This document shows positions 49,425-61,235 of a stretch of DNA of 64,000 nt, one piece after another. The notes beneath the pieces are model-generated. The model saw nothing but the letters and a program-made list of their open reading frames with translations. It had not been told where the DNA came from and searched no databases. Within the stretch, counting starts at the first letter, position 1, and the number at the start of each line of letters is the position of its first letter. A program made the position numbers and the translations under genes. The DNA comes from Escherichia coli. GTDB lineage: Bacteria; Pseudomonadota; Gammaproteobacteria; Enterobacterales; Enterobacteriaceae. The stretch lies in assembly GCF_030384885.1 (NCBI RefSeq), contig NZ_CP128613.1; one strand, given 5' to 3'.

Positions 49425-50254
49425 GAACACACCTTTTATCTTTTATCGCTGTTCAGTATGAGTGATTACCTGTGGATTCCTGAGCACACATAAGGGGTAA
49501 CCATAAACATTAGCGATGCCATACGTATAACATCCCACATCACTATCAAGAAGATTATCTTTACCTCTGATGCTCGCTCAAAAACAGTTACGCTAAATAC
49601 CTTAAAAAGGTAATCACAAGTCAAACTCAGGAGATAATCACGCAAGAATGCAATATTAAAATTCAGATACTCATTTTTGGTAATAAAGAAGTAGTTGGAC
49701 TATTTCGATATTTATAATTTCCCACTACGTATTGACGCCCATTCATGAGTAAAGGCGCATTATATGAATTTAACAATCCAGATCAACTGAAAATACCTCA
49801 ACCTCATAAACACATAGCGTCAACATTCAATGACATAATGAGTAAAGATGTTGGTTATGCATACACGTCATTACTCTATGCCAATCCCTTAACAACCTGC
49901 TTTTTAAGACTGAATCCATTCAGCAATAGATAGCCAACATTATAACAATGACAATAAAAACAATATTTAAAACAATCAATAAAATATCAGACACAAACAA
50001 TTAAACCTTAAACAACAAACAGTTACATTGATTTTAGTTGATTTGCGCTATGCGTTCCCCATGAATAAAGCGTCATTTCAAATTAGCACCAATATTTACA
50101 TTAAATAAGACTAAGCTTATTGAACATTCACAACAGTCCAAACGTAGTGTTTGGGCTTCAATAGTTCTTTTCTTTTTTATTATCTGTTGCCTGGCAATCA
50201 TCAATCGATACTAAGGGCTTAACTGTACAGATATAACGTATCAAGAGGTAAGAG

Positions 50255-50290
50255 AAACCACGCCATATGCAGACATGGCGCGGTTTTATG
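50255..50290 (-). terminator. putative betT terminator hairpin
   Basis: cgccat...atggcg stem immediately after the betT stop, U-rich flanks on both strands. Confidence 0.35.
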
Positions 50291-50299
50291 CAATAACAA

Positions 50300-52333
50300 T
50301 CACGCGTCCGGGAACATTACGCTATTACCCGGCGCTTCACGATGGAGATGGATAAAGTTTAGGTGCCGCTCGTACTGATCGAGAATATCGGTGATCACCT
50401 GCTCTTTGCTGTAGTCCATCAGGTCGTTACCCTGGCTGCCTTCTAACAGGAAGGTTTCCAGCCGGTAATAGGTCGATTTCCCGCTACGTGCGCGGTAGGT
50501 AAAGCCCGGCACCGAATATTGCTGTGGCCAAATCTGATAGACAAAGTTTTGCTCTTCACCCATATGCACCAGCAAATCCAGATGCCCTAACTGTTGTCCC
50601 TCTTCCGGCGGCAGGCTTTTTAGCTCCACGTACGCGCCGCGCAACCGCAGCTCCTGCGCCACTTCTTCCATTGCCGGGTAACAGACCGTCTCCATCATCT
50701 GTTTGGTGTAACGCGTGCCCGGATAATTCATCAGGCGCGAGAGACGTTTTTTCCAGCTCAGGCGATCCTGAAGCCCCAGCGGTCGCGGCGCGGTATCACG
50801 GTTGGCACTTTCACGGCGGTAATCTTCTACCTTCAGAGATTTATACAATCCCGCCATCACGAAGAAAATCACAAAGCTGAACGGCAGCCCCATGATTACC
50901 GTGGTGTTTTGCAGCGCGGATATCCCGTTGGTCATCAGCATGCCAAGCGTCAGCAGACCAATCGCCACCGACCAGAAGACGCGCAGCCAGCCGGGGGCGT
51001 CGCTGTTGATATCTTTAAGCTGCGAGGTGAAATTCCCCAGCACCAGCGCGCCGGAGTCCGCCGAGGTCACATAAAACAGCAGGCCAGTAATGGTGGCAAC
51101 CGAGGCGCTAAAGGTAAACGCCGGATACTGCGCCAGCAGGCTGTAGAAGCCGCGCTCCGGATGGACCATCGCTTCCTCGGCAAATGCCGCGCCGCCGTGG
51201 ATGATTTCATACAGCGCGCTATTGCCGAATACCGAGAGCCATAACAGCGTGAAGGTAAACGGAATAATCAACGTGCCCAGCACGAACTGGCGAATGGTGC
51301 GTCCACGCGAGATACGCGCCAGGAACAGGCCGACAAACGGCGACCAGGCTACCCACCATGCCCAGAAAAAGAGCGTCCAGTTATTCATCCACTCAACCGG
51401 GCGGTCAAAGGCGAAACTGTTGAGCGTCATGCCCATAAAGCGGTTAACGTAATCGCCAACGTTCAGCACCAGCGCATTAAGCAGGAACGAGGTGTCGCCC
51501 ATAAACAGCACGAACAGGATCAACCCCAGCGCCAGTGCGACATTGAGTTCAGACAATACGCGAATGCCTTTGTCGACACCGGAAGTCACCGAGATAGTCG
51601 CGATGATTACCGACAGCGCGATCAGCGCCGCTTTCGCCGCCATTGAATCCGGGATATCAAACAGTACGCTCAGGCCATAGTTAAGCTGCACCACGCCAAT
51701 GCCGAGCGTGGTGGCAATCCCGAAGATGGTGCCGATCACCGCTGCAATATCCACCGAGTGACCAATCGGCCCGTTGATCCGTTTACCGAAAATCGGATAC
51801 AGCGCCGAGCGGATCGTGAGCGGCAAATTATAACGATAGCTGAAGTATCCGAGCGCCATGCCCATCAGCGCATACATCGACCAGCCGGTTAAGCCGTAGT
51901 GAAACAGCGTCCAGACCATCGCCTGACGCGCCGCTTCCATCGTCTGCCCTGCCCCTTCCGGCGGCTGCATATACTGCGTGACCGGCTCAGCAACGGAGAA
52001 GAACATCAGATCAATACCAATCCCGGCAGCGAACAGCATCGCCGCCCAGCTCAGTAGACTGAATTCCGGTTTGGATTGTTCAGGCCCGAGCTTCACCGAA
52101 CCAAAACGCGAACAAGCGATGCAGACCACAAAGACAATATAGAGCGTTGCCGCCAGCAGATAGTACCAACCGAAGGTTTTAGAAACCCAGTCCAGCGTGC
52201 GGCCAATCCACAGGGCCGAGAAGTCGCGAAACAGGATCGTTGTCAGGGAAAACAACAAAATCAGTCCGGCGGAGGTGTAAAACACCACCGGATTGATTTT
52301 GTCCTTTTCCCTGCTGTGCGAAAGGTCTGTCAT
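50300..52333 (-). CDS. betT: choline transporter (BCCT family)
   Basis: 677 aa, MTDLSHSREKDKINPVVFYTSAGLILLFS... Confidence 0.97.
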   Translation of the reverse strand: MTDLSHSREKDKINPVVFYTSAGLILLFSLTTILFRDFSALWIGRTLDWVSKTFGWYYLLAATLYIVFVVCIACSRFGSVKLGPEQSKPEFSLLSWAAMLFAAGIGIDLMFFSVAEPVTQYMQPPEGAGQTMEAARQAMVWTLFHYGLTGWSMYALMGMALGYFSYRYNLPLTIRSALYPIFGKRINGPIGHSVDIAAVIGTIFGIATTLGIGVVQLNYGLSVLFDIPDSMAAKAALIALSVIIATISVTSGVDKGIRVLSELNVALALGLILFVLFMGDTSFLLNALVLNVGDYVNRFMGMTLNSFAFDRPVEWMNNWTLFFWAWWVAWSPFVGLFLARISRGRTIRQFVLGTLIIPFTFTLLWLSVFGNSALYEIIHGGAAFAEEAMVHPERGFYSLLAQYPAFTFSASVATITGLLFYVTSADSGALVLGNFTSQLKDINSDAPGWLRVFWSVAIGLLTLGMLMTNGISALQNTTVIMGLPFSFVIFFVMAGLYKSLKVEDYRRESANRDTAPRPLGLQDRLSWKKRLSRLMNYPGTRYTKQMMETVCYPAMEEVAQELRLRGAYVELKSLPPEEGQQLGHLDLLVHMGEEQNFVYQIWPQQYSVPGFTYRARSGKSTYYRLETFLLEGSQGNDLMDYSKEQVITDILDQYERHLNFIHLHREAPGNSVMFPDA

Positions 52334-52461
52334 CCAGTATCCCCACTGTTATTGTTACCATTTAAAATCAAATTAGTAACAATTAAGACACATTTTATAT
52401 TGAACGTCCAATCAATAACGGCTTTAATGTATAAACAACGCTGATGAATGGAGTGGCAAAA
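52334..52461. promoter_or_regulatory. divergent betT / betIBA control region
   Basis: AT-rich intergenic region between divergent operons; BetI operator expected here. Confidence 0.5.
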
Positions 52462-53049
52462 ATGCCCAAATTGGGGATGCAGTCGATCCGGCGCAGACAA
52501 CTGATCGACGCCACGCTGGAAGCAATAAATGAAGTAGGTATGCACGATGCGACGATCGCGCAGATCGCCCGCCGGGCGGGCGTTTCCACCGGGATCATTA
52601 GCCACTATTTCAAAGATAAAAATGGTCTGCTGGAAGCAACCATGCGTGATATCACCAGCCAGCTGCGTGACGCGGTCTTGAACCGCTTACACGCGCTACC
52701 GGATGGCAGCCCTGAGCAGCGATTACAGGCGATTGTTGACGGAAATTTCGATGAGACTCAGGTCAGTAATGCTGCGATGAAAGCCTGGCTGGCGTTTTGG
52801 GCCAGCAGTATGCATCAGCCGATGCTTTACCGTTTGCAGCAGGTGAGCAGCCGCCGATTGTTGTCGAATCTGGTGAGCGAATTTCACCGCGAGTTACCGC
52901 GCAAAGAGGCACAGGAGGCAGGTTATGGCCTGGCCGCGCTGATTGACGGTTTATGGCTGCGCGCGGCATTGAGCGGTAAACCGCTGAATAAATCTCTCGC
53001 ACACTCGCTCACCCGCCACTTTATCACTCAGCATTTACCCACCGATTAA
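52462..53049 (+). CDS. betI: TetR-family repressor of the bet genes
   Basis: 195 aa from the internal Met, [42 protein letters not shown]... Confidence 0.93.
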   Translation: MPKLGMQSIRRRQLIDATLEAINEVGMHDATIAQIARRAGVSTGIISHYFKDKNGLLEATMRDITSQLRDAVLNRLHALPDGSPEQRLQAIVDGNFDETQVSNAAMKAWLAFWASSMHQPMLYRLQQVSSRRLLSNLVSEFHRELPRKEAQEAGYGLAALIDGLWLRAALSGKPLNKSLAHSLTRHFITQHLPTD

Positions 53050-53062
53050 CCGAGGAGACGTG

Positions 53063-54535
53063 ATGTCCCGAATGGCAGAACAGCAGCTTTATATACATGG
53101 TGGTTATACCTCCGCCACCAGCGGTCGCACCTTCGAGACCATTAACCCGGCCAACGGTAACGTGCTGGCGACCGTGCAGGCCGCCGGGCGCGAAGATGTC
53201 GATCGCGCCGTGAAGAGTGCCCAACAAGGGCAAAAAATCTGGGCGGCGATGACCGCCATGGAACGCTCGCGCATTCTGCGTCGAGCCGTTGATATTCTGC
53301 GCGAATGCAATGACGAACTCGCTAAACTGGAAACCCTCGACACCGGAAAAGCGTATTCAGAAACCTCAACCGTCGATATCGTTACCGGCGCGGACGTGCT
53401 CGAGTACTACGCCGGGCTGCTCCCGTCGCTGGAAGGCAGCCAGATCCCATTGCGTGAGACGTCATTTGTTTATACCCGCCGCGAACCGCTGGGCGTAGTG
53501 GCAGGGATTGGCGCATGGAACTACCCGATCCAGATTGCCTTGTGGAAATCCGCACCGGCGCTGGCGGCAGGCAACGCGATGATTTTCAAACCGAGCGAAG
53601 TCACCCCGCTTACCGCGTTAAAGCTGGCTGAAATCTACAGCGAAGCGGGCCTGCCGGACGGCGTATTTAACGTGTTGCCGGGCGTAGGTGCGGAAACCGG
53701 GCAGTATCTGACCGAGCATCCGGGCATCGCCAAAGTGTCGTTTACCGGCGGCGTCGCCAGCGGCAAAAAGGTGATGGCTAACGCGGCGGCCTCTTCCCTG
53801 AAAGAGGTGACCATGGAGCTGGGCGGTAAATCGCCGCTGATCGTTTTCGACGATGCAGACCTCGATCTCGCCGCCGATATCGCCATGATGGCGAACTTCT
53901 TTAGCTCCGGTCAGGTGTGTACCAATGGCACCCGCGTGTTTATTCCGGCGAAATACAAAGCCGCGTTTGAGCAGAAAATACTGGCGCGCGTTGAACGCAT
54001 TCGCGCGGGCGACGTTTTCGATCCGCAAACTAACTTCGGCCCGCTGGTCAGCTTCCCGCATCGCGATAACGTGCTGCGCTATATCGCCAAAGGCAAAGAG
54101 GAAGGTGCTCGGGTGCTCTGCGGCGGCGATGTGCTGAAGGGTGATGGCTTCGATAACGGCGCATGGGTTGCTCCGACCGTATTCACCGATTGCTGCGACG
54201 AAATGACTATCGTGCGCGAAGAGATCTTCGGCCCGGTGATGTCGCTCCTCACGTATGAGTCTGAAGACGAAGTGATTCGCCGCGCCAATGATACCGACTA
54301 CGGTCTGGCGGCGGGTATCGTCACGGCGGATCTGAACCGCGCGCATCGCGTCATTCATCAGCTGGAAGCCGGCATTTGCTGGATCAACACCTGGGGAGAA
54401 TCCCCGGCGGAGATGCCCGTTGGCGGTTACAAACACTCCGGCATTGGCCGTGAGAACGGCGTGATGACGCTCCAGAGTTATACCCAGGTGAAGTCCATCC
54501 AGGTTGAGATGGCTAAATTCCAGTCCATATTCTAA
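53063..54535 (+). CDS. betB: betaine aldehyde dehydrogenase
   Basis: 490 aa, [32 protein letters not shown]... Confidence 0.97.
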   Translation: MSRMAEQQLYIHGGYTSATSGRTFETINPANGNVLATVQAAGREDVDRAVKSAQQGQKIWAAMTAMERSRILRRAVDILRECNDELAKLETLDTGKAYSETSTVDIVTGADVLEYYAGLLPSLEGSQIPLRETSFVYTRREPLGVVAGIGAWNYPIQIALWKSAPALAAGNAMIFKPSEVTPLTALKLAEIYSEAGLPDGVFNVLPGVGAETGQYLTEHPGIAKVSFTGGVASGKKVMANAAASSLKEVTMELGGKSPLIVFDDADLDLAADIAMMANFFSSGQVCTNGTRVFIPAKYKAAFEQKILARVERIRAGDVFDPQTNFGPLVSFPHRDNVLRYIAKGKEEGARVLCGGDVLKGDGFDNGAWVAPTVFTDCCDEMTIVREEIFGPVMSLLTYESEDEVIRRANDTDYGLAAGIVTADLNRAHRVIHQLEAGICWINTWGESPAEMPVGGYKHSGIGRENGVMTLQSYTQVKSIQVEMAKFQSIF

Positions 54536-54548
54536 CCAGGAGGTTTAT

Positions 54549-56237
54549 TTGCAATTTGACTACATCATTATTGGCGCCGGCTCTGCCGGCAACGTCCTCG
54601 CGACACGTCTGACTGAAGATCCGAACACTACCGTGCTGCTGCTTGAAGCGGGCGGCCCGGACTATCGCTTTGACTTCCGTACCCAAATGCCCGCTGCGCT
54701 GGCGTTCCCGCTACAGGGTAAACGCTATAACTGGGCGTATGAGACCGAGCCGGAACCGTTTATGAACAACCGTCGCATGGAGTGCGGACGCGGTAAGGGG
54801 CTTGGTGGATCATCATTGATCAACGGCATGTGTTACATCCGTGGTAACGCGCTGGATCTCGATAACTGGGCGAAAGAACCCGGTCTGGAGAACTGGAGCT
54901 ACCTCGACTGCCTGCCCTACTACCGCAAGGCCGAGACGCGCGATGTGGGCGAGAACGACTACCACGGCGCTGATGGCCCGGTAAGCGTGACCACCTCAAA
55001 ACCGGGTGTCAATCCGCTGTTTGAAGCGATGATTGAGGCGGGCGTGCAGGCGGGCTATCCGCGCACAGAAGACCTTAACGGTTATCAGCAGGAAGGTTTC
55101 GGCCCGATGGACCGCACCGTCACGCCGCAGGGCCGTCGCGCCAGCACCGCGCGGGGTTATCTCGATCAGGCTAAATCGCGCCCGAACCTGACTATTCGAA
55201 CTCACGCCATGACCGATCACATTATCTTTGACGGCAAACGCGCGGTAGGCGTCGAGTGGCTGGAAGGCGACAGCACCATCCCAACCCGCGCAACGGCCAA
55301 CAAAGAAGTGCTGTTATGTGCAGGCGCGATTGCCTCACCACAAATCCTGCAACGCTCCGGCGTCGGCAACGCTGAACTGCTGGCCGAATTTGATATTCCG
55401 CTGGTGCATGATTTGCCCGGCGTGGGCGAAAATCTTCAGGATCATCTGGAGATGTACCTGCAATACGAGTGCAAAGAACCGGTTTCCCTCTACCCTGCCC
55501 TGCAGTGGTGGAATCAGCCGAAAATCGGTGCGGAGTGGCTGTTTGGCGGCACCGGCGTGGGTGCCAGCAACCACTTTGAAGCAGGCGGATTTATTCGCAG
55601 CCGTGAGGAATTTGCGTGGCCGAATATTCAGTACCATTTCCTGCCAGTGGCGATTAACTATAACGGCTCGAACGCAGTGAAAGAGCACGGCTTCCAGTGC
55701 CATGTCGGATCGATGCGCTCGCCAAGCCGTGGGCATGTGCGGATTAAATCCCGCGACCCGCACCAGCATCCGGCGATTTTGTTTAACTACATGTCGCACG
55801 AACAGGACTGGCAGGAGTTCCGCGACGCGATTCGCATCACCCGCGAGATCATGCATCAACCGGCGCTGGATCAATACCGTGGCCGCGAAATCAGCCCCGG
55901 CGCGGAATGCCAGACAGATGAGCAGCTCGATGAGTTCGTGCGTAATCACGCCGAAACCGCCTTCCACCCATGCGGTACGTGCAAAATGGGGTACGACGAG
56001 ATGTCCGTTGTGGATGGCGAAGGCCGCGTGCACGGGCTGGAAGGATTACGCGTAGTCGATGCGTCAATTATGCCGCAGATTATCACCGGCAATCTGAACG
56101 CCACGACCATTATGATTGGCGAGAAAATGGCGGATATAATTCGCGGACGAGAAGCGTTGTCCAGAAGTCTGGCGGCGTATTTTGTGGCGAATGGGATGCC
56201 AGTAAGAGCGAAAAAACTGAATCGCGATTTGAACTAA
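54549..56237 (+). CDS. betA: choline dehydrogenase (GMC oxidoreductase)
   Basis: 562 aa; the only start upstream of the FAD motif [11 protein letters not shown] and downstream of betB is TTG at 54549, 5 nt after AGGAGG. Confidence 0.9.
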   Translation: MQFDYIIIGAGSAGNVLATRLTEDPNTTVLLLEAGGPDYRFDFRTQMPAALAFPLQGKRYNWAYETEPEPFMNNRRMECGRGKGLGGSSLINGMCYIRGNALDLDNWAKEPGLENWSYLDCLPYYRKAETRDVGENDYHGADGPVSVTTSKPGVNPLFEAMIEAGVQAGYPRTEDLNGYQQEGFGPMDRTVTPQGRRASTARGYLDQAKSRPNLTIRTHAMTDHIIFDGKRAVGVEWLEGDSTIPTRATANKEVLLCAGAIASPQILQRSGVGNAELLAEFDIPLVHDLPGVGENLQDHLEMYLQYECKEPVSLYPALQWWNQPKIGAEWLFGGTGVGASNHFEAGGFIRSREEFAWPNIQYHFLPVAINYNGSNAVKEHGFQCHVGSMRSPSRGHVRIKSRDPHQHPAILFNYMSHEQDWQEFRDAIRITREIMHQPALDQYRGREISPGAECQTDEQLDEFVRNHAETAFHPCGTCKMGYDEMSVVDGEGRVHGLEGLRVVDASIMPQIITGNLNATTIMIGEKMADIIRGREALSRSLAAYFVANGMPVRAKKLNRDLN

Positions 56238-56528
56238 CGCAGGAACTTATAAGCTTGAGAGTTACCGTTCTACGATAAGGACCGAATCCTTATATAAAAA
56301 ACATAGGTAACTCTCATGCTTCATATCCAGTATTCATGATGCTGGTTTTTTGCTGATGTTTTTACCAGAATATTCCTGATACAGACTATTAATTCAAGCT
56401 TATCTGCGACAGATTTCATTTTCTGGATATATTATGAGTGACAAATCAAACAGGATATCGATCTGATTGAAATTTTATTTTATCTGAAGAAAAAGATTCG
56501 TGTTATTCTGTTTATTATAGCTGTTTGT

Positions 56529-56944
56529 ATGACAATGGTGCTATTATTTCTGTACATCAATAAAGACAATATAAAGCTGAGTTACAGCCTAAAAATAAAC
56601 CACACAACATCAGGCATACTTGTAAGCTGTGATAGCAATAATAACTTTGCCTGTCAGACCACAATGACTGAAGATGTTATTCAGCGAATTACGAGTTTTT
56701 TAGACCAGTACTAATGCTAAAAATTGCCTTGTCAAAAAAATGGTAGATGAATACAAACAAAACTCTGGGCAGTAATAAACAGCATTCTGACAGAGAGTGC
56801 CTGTATAAAGCTGAAGTGACAATGACCGGGAAGGGAGCCCGTCTTCAGGAAAGGATTCCTGTCTTTTTCACTGTAAATATCCTGGCATTATTAATGTCAG
56901 GATATTTACAGAAGAGGAGCATAACCATGACGGAACGGGGTTAA
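56529..56944 (+). pseudogene. ykgH-position remnant: two short ORFs in different frames
   Basis: ORFs 56529-56714 (61 aa; the open frame upstream encodes a hydrophobic stretch IRVILFIIAVC) and 56747-56944 (65 aa); no intact ~220-aa ORF on either strand. Confidence 0.3.
56871..56911. repeat. perfect 14-bp inverted repeat with 13-bp spacer
   Basis: ctgtaaatatcctg-gcattattaatgt-caggatatttacag. Confidence 0.8.
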
Positions 56945-57017
56945 GTCAGGTTGTCCTTAACGCTATTCACAACCTCGTATACCGCCTTCAGGTTTATGTC
57001 CAGACTTCATATCTCTC

Positions 57018-57713
57018 TCAGCAATCCTCAATAATCAGATACACCGCTTTCACCGGACCATGAACCCCGACGACTTTGATAAGCTCAATGTCCGCCGTTG
57101 AACTGGGACCACTGATGATGTTAATACATGACGGCATTCGTTCACCGGCCTGCGCTTTCTGATGCAATTTTTCTGCGAGTTGCGCTACACGCGGCAGGAT
57201 TGTGCTTTTACGCAGGATAAAAAGAGAAGATTCCGGGAGCAGGCTCAATGAACGCCCGCGCCCGGCGGCGGAAAAAAGAACCACGCCTCCCGATTCGGTT
57301 AAACCATATTCAGCATACACTACGCCAACTTTAGCCTGCTCTGCTTGTGATATGTTCTCAATACCTTTCGCCGGATCCCAAACAACGGCATTGCATTCCT
57401 GCTGCAAACGTTCGCTAATCCCCAACTCCTCCAGCCTCGTGTCACCGCTAATCACGACCGACTGCTCTCCCAGCTCTTTACACAGACATATTGCAGCTTC
57501 TGCCGCCTTCGCCTCGCTGGTCAGTTCACAGCGCGTCAACATAACATCGCTGGCAAACTGGATAAACGCGTCACAGCGCTGCTGTTGGTTAAGTTCGGTA
57601 AGCCGCTCGTTAGCATAGTTGTTAAGCGGCGCATCTTCTGCTTGCGGTTCAAGTCGCTGCGGGCGACCCAGTGCCTGAGCAACGTTATTCAAAAATTCGC
57701 TCCGATTATCCAT
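57018..57713 (-). CDS. ykgG: LutC-family protein
   Basis: 231 aa from the internal Met, MDNRSEFLNNVAQALGRPQRLEPQAEDAPL...; start overlaps ykgF stop. Confidence 0.9.
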   Translation of the reverse strand: MDNRSEFLNNVAQALGRPQRLEPQAEDAPLNNYANERLTELNQQQRCDAFIQFASDVMLTRCELTSEAKAAEAAICLCKELGEQSVVISGDTRLEELGISERLQQECNAVVWDPAKGIENISQAEQAKVGVVYAEYGLTESGGVVLFSAAGRGRSLSLLPESSLFILRKSTILPRVAQLAEKLHQKAQAGERMPSCINIISGPSSTADIELIKVVGVHGPVKAVYLIIEDC

Positions 57714-59133
57714 TCTTTTTCTCCTGCGCCTGATGTTTCTTAAACCAACTACGGAAACTCTCTCCGTCAGCTTCAGGAAGATCGCGTGCTTCCATCCAGT
57801 CGCTAATCGCGCCAAATTTGAGTGGTGTTTTGCCGCCATTGATAAACCAGCTTGCCGCATGAGCACCAGCCATCATCCCGACTTTCCACAATCCTGGATG
57901 ACTATTGGCATAAGCGAACATTTTTATCGCCCGTTGCTCTGCTTTTGCGGTGATCCCTTTTTCAGCCATCACCCGACGATGACGCAAAATCAGTTTTGAC
58001 AGAGGAATACGCACCGGACACACGCTGTCACAAGCCGTACATAAAGAGCAAGCGTAGGGTAAATCTTTAAAATCTTCATAGCCGCCAAGTAACGGGGAAA
58101 TCACCGCACCAATTGGCCCAGGATAAATAGAACCATATCCATGACCGCCAATATGGCGATATGCCGGACAGGTATTCATACAGGCTCCGCAGCGAATACA
58201 ACGCAGCACATCCCGAAATTCAGAGGCCAGCACCTCAGAACGCCCGTTATCGACAATAACCAGATGAAACTCTTCAGGACCATCAACGTGCCCCGCTTCG
58301 CGCGGTCCTGTCAGCCAGGTGTTGTATCCCGTCAAACGTGCACCAACGGCACTGCGCGCCAGCATGGTGATCAATACATCTACCTCGGCAAACGTGGGGG
58401 CAATACGCTCCATTCCCATCACGGCAATATGCGTTTTAGGCAGCGTGGTACACATTCGCGCATTACCTTCATTGGTCACCAGGCATACCGAACCGGTCTC
58501 TGCCACCGCGAAATTACAGCCGGTAATACCTATTTCAGCACTGAGGAAATCTTCGCGGATTTTTTGCCGAATGAATAAGGTCATCGCTTCAGGCGTTTCC
58601 GGCCCCTCATAACCCAGACGTTCGTGTAGCACTCGACGGATCTGATGGCGATCTTTATGAATTGCCGGGACCACAACATGAGAGGGCGGATCTTGATCCA
58701 GCTGGAGAATGTATTCACCCAGATCGGTTTCAATCACCTGAATACCAGCATCCTGCAACACATGATTGACACCAATCTCTTCGGTCACCATCGATTTAGA
58801 TTTCACCACCTTCCGGGCATTTTTGCGTTGGGCGACCTGTAAAATGTAGCGGGTGGCGTCTTCTTTAGTTTTTGCAAAATAGACGTGACCGCCGTTTTGC
58901 GTCACTTTTTCAGAGAGCTGGTACAGATAAGCGTCGAGATTACTCAGAACATGATCACGTATCTGGGCGGCCCGATCGCGCCACTCCTCCCAGTGCCCCA
59001 ATTCATCGACCATTTTTTGCCGATTTGCCCCAATACGCTGCTGCGCGTTTGCCACCGCTTTGCGCATGATCGGATCTTCAATTTGCTGACGGATGCGTGT
59101 CTTAAAATCTGTATTACTGGTTTTGATCGACAT
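57706..59133 (-). CDS. ykgF: LutB-like iron-sulfur protein
   Basis: 475 aa, two 4Fe-4S CxxCxxC clusters (CIRCGACMNTCP, CSLCTACDSVCP). Confidence 0.93.
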   Translation of the reverse strand: MSIKTSNTDFKTRIRQQIEDPIMRKAVANAQQRIGANRQKMVDELGHWEEWRDRAAQIRDHVLSNLDAYLYQLSEKVTQNGGHVYFAKTKEDATRYILQVAQRKNARKVVKSKSMVTEEIGVNHVLQDAGIQVIETDLGEYILQLDQDPPSHVVVPAIHKDRHQIRRVLHERLGYEGPETPEAMTLFIRQKIREDFLSAEIGITGCNFAVAETGSVCLVTNEGNARMCTTLPKTHIAVMGMERIAPTFAEVDVLITMLARSAVGARLTGYNTWLTGPREAGHVDGPEEFHLVIVDNGRSEVLASEFRDVLRCIRCGACMNTCPAYRHIGGHGYGSIYPGPIGAVISPLLGGYEDFKDLPYACSLCTACDSVCPVRIPLSKLILRHRRVMAEKGITAKAEQRAIKMFAYANSHPGLWKVGMMAGAHAASWFINGGKTPLKFGAISDWMEARDLPEADGESFRSWFKKHQAQEKKNG

Positions 59134-59143
59134 CTTTATATCC

Positions 59144-59863
59144 TCAGCGGCTCATCAGCACTTCAGCAATATGCATCACTTTGACTTTCTGCCCTTCCCG
59201 TTGTAATCGTCCACTGATGTTTAGCAGGCAACTCACGTCAGCACCAATTAAATACTCAGGGCGGACTTCCATCAGGTGCACAACCTTTTCTTTCACCATC
59301 TCGCCGGATATTTCGGCCATTTTGACCGAGAACGTGCCGCCAAATCCGCAGCAGGTATCCTGTTCAGCAAAGGTCAACAGCTCCAGTCCACGCACATTTT
59401 TCAGCAGCGTAAGTGGCTCGTCCTTCACCCCCAGCTTACGGGCCAGGCTACAAGATGGGTGATACACCGCTCTCCCTTGCAAACTGGCACCTACATCGAC
59501 TACCCCTAATGTATTAACAATAAAAGAGGTGAGATCCTGCATACGCGCGGCAACCTTTTCGGCACGTGATGCCCATTCAGGCTCATCCGCCAGATACGTT
59601 GGGTAACTTTTTACGGCATAGGTACAGGAGCCAGCCGGTGAAATAATGGGATCGTCGTTATCCTCCAGTGCGGCGATCAGATTTTTCATCCCTGGAATCG
59701 CTTCTTTGATATAACCACTATTGATCGCAGGCTGACCGCAGCATCCCTGTTTCTCCGGGAAATTTACGCGACAGCCGAGTTTTTCCAGTAGCAGCACGGA
59801 GTCTCGTGCCATTCTTGATTTCAGGGCGTCACCAATACAGGTGACAAAGAAATTGACATTCAC
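59144..59863 (-). CDS. ykgE: LutA-like Fe-S oxidoreductase (cysteine-rich CCG domain)
   Basis: 239 aa, MNVNFFVTCIGDALKSRMARDSVLLLEKLGCRVNFPEKQGCCGQP... Confidence 0.93.
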   Translation of the reverse strand: MNVNFFVTCIGDALKSRMARDSVLLLEKLGCRVNFPEKQGCCGQPAINSGYIKEAIPGMKNLIAALEDNDDPIISPAGSCTYAVKSYPTYLADEPEWASRAEKVAARMQDLTSFIVNTLGVVDVGASLQGRAVYHPSCSLARKLGVKDEPLTLLKNVRGLELLTFAEQDTCCGFGGTFSVKMAEISGEMVKEKVVHLMEVRPEYLIGADVSCLLNISGRLQREGQKVKVMHIAEVLMSR

Positions 59864-60380
59864 AACTAATACTCCATTACTTCATGCCCATTTATGCCCG
59901 ATGGTTCCCCCCACCAGGGGATCAATCATCAATAAATATGGCGTTCTTTTTTAATTGGCTAGCAACATACCACCCCTCATTTGTATGACAAATGATAATC
60001 TTTCATCCAAACTTCAAATGCAATAACTAATTTTATTTCTTTCGGCATCGCTCACATTTTATAGGGAAATCGACGATCATTTTTGGCATAAGAAATTCAT
60101 TTAAAAAGGCCACATCCCTTATACCTATTCAGAGCTACTTATTCAGGGGTTGTTGAGATATACAATGATGGTGTACTAACAAAATCACCGGCAATAATCA
60201 GGTATCAAGTAATAGTCGGTATTTTATTTAATTAAAGCAATTTAGTTTGCGTTTTTATTTAGATACTGGGCCAGCATTCTTCAAAAAAACATATAAAACA
60301 CTGTTGGAAATAGAAATAGTTGAAAGGCTCACAACACCCGGAATGCTGATTATCTTTGCTCCGATTCCTGGCGGTTTTAT

Positions 60381-61235
60381 TCAGGGTGCAAGCTGTCTGA
60401 CCCTTTCCCGATATTCTCCCGGGGTACAACCAAACTCGCGGACAAACGCCTTGTGAAAAGATGATTCACTGGCATAGCCTACTGACTCAGCAATCACCAC
60501 AACAGGGAACGTTTCCCGGGAAAACATCTGGGCCGCTATTTGTAGACGCAACTTTGTTAATACAGCCAGCGGCGTGGTTCCGGAAACATCACGGAAAAGC
60601 TGGGCAAAACTTGCCCGGGACATGTGGGCGATGCTGGCCAGCGATTCGACGGTCCAGGCGTGTCCTGGCATTTCCAGCATTTGCTGTATTACCGCACCAA
60701 GACGTGGATGCAGAAGCAAACTGAGAATGTTTTTCTCAGTATTAACCTGTGCAATCCACTCACGCACCGCGAGGGTAAAGAATGTAGCGCAGATCTGGCT
60801 ACACAGTGCATCCACTCCCGGCATTGCCGATTTGGACTCCTGTTGTAAAAACGGGATCGCCTCCCTCAGCCAGTTATATTCCACGCTGTGGTTAACCGGT
60901 GCTAAAAACAGCGTTTCCGGCAAAGACGTTAAAAAATAACGCGCCGAATGTTGCAGCCGAAGAGTGCCGCAGACAATACAGGTCGATTCATTATCGACAT
61001 GACTCAGGCGATGAGCTGAATTTTGTGGTAGCAGGACCACATTTCCCGGGCGTAATGTAAAAATCTCCCCCGTCGGCATTTCCAGCTTCGCCGCTCCTTG
61101 CGTTAACGCATGCCAACGAATAACCGATAATTCCCCGGCACCATGTGGAAGCTGCCAGTCACTTCCTAACACGCAATTCTTATCGATCGTTCCTTGTGGA
61201 GCGTTAAGCATCAACAAACGGCTAAGGGCATCCAT
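60381..61235 (-). CDS. rclR: AraC-family activator responsive to reactive chlorine species
   Basis: 284 aa, MDALSRLLMLNAPQGTIDKNCVLGSDWQLPHG...; C-terminal AraC HTH. Confidence 0.92.
   Translation of the reverse strand: MDALSRLLMLNAPQGTIDKNCVLGSDWQLPHGAGELSVIRWHALTQGAAKLEMPTGEIFTLRPGNVVLLPQNSAHRLSHVDNESTCIVCGTLRLQHSARYFLTSLPETLFLAPVNHSVEYNWLREAIPFLQQESKSAMPGVDALCSQICATFFTLAVREWIAQVNTEKNILSLLLHPRLGAVIQQMLEMPGHAWTVESLASIAHMSRASFAQLFRDVSGTTPLAVLTKLRLQIAAQMFSRETFPVVVIAESVGYASESSFHKAFVREFGCTPGEYRERVRQLAP

Noticed and set aside
53618-54436. 272-aa minus-strand ORF
   Set aside because: Antisense to betB.
55335-56033. 232-aa minus-strand ORF
   Set aside because: Antisense to betA.
56871-56911. 14-bp inverted repeat as a LexA box or intrinsic terminator
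   Set aside because: Does not fit CTGT-N8-ACAG, and no U-tract follows the hairpin on either strand.
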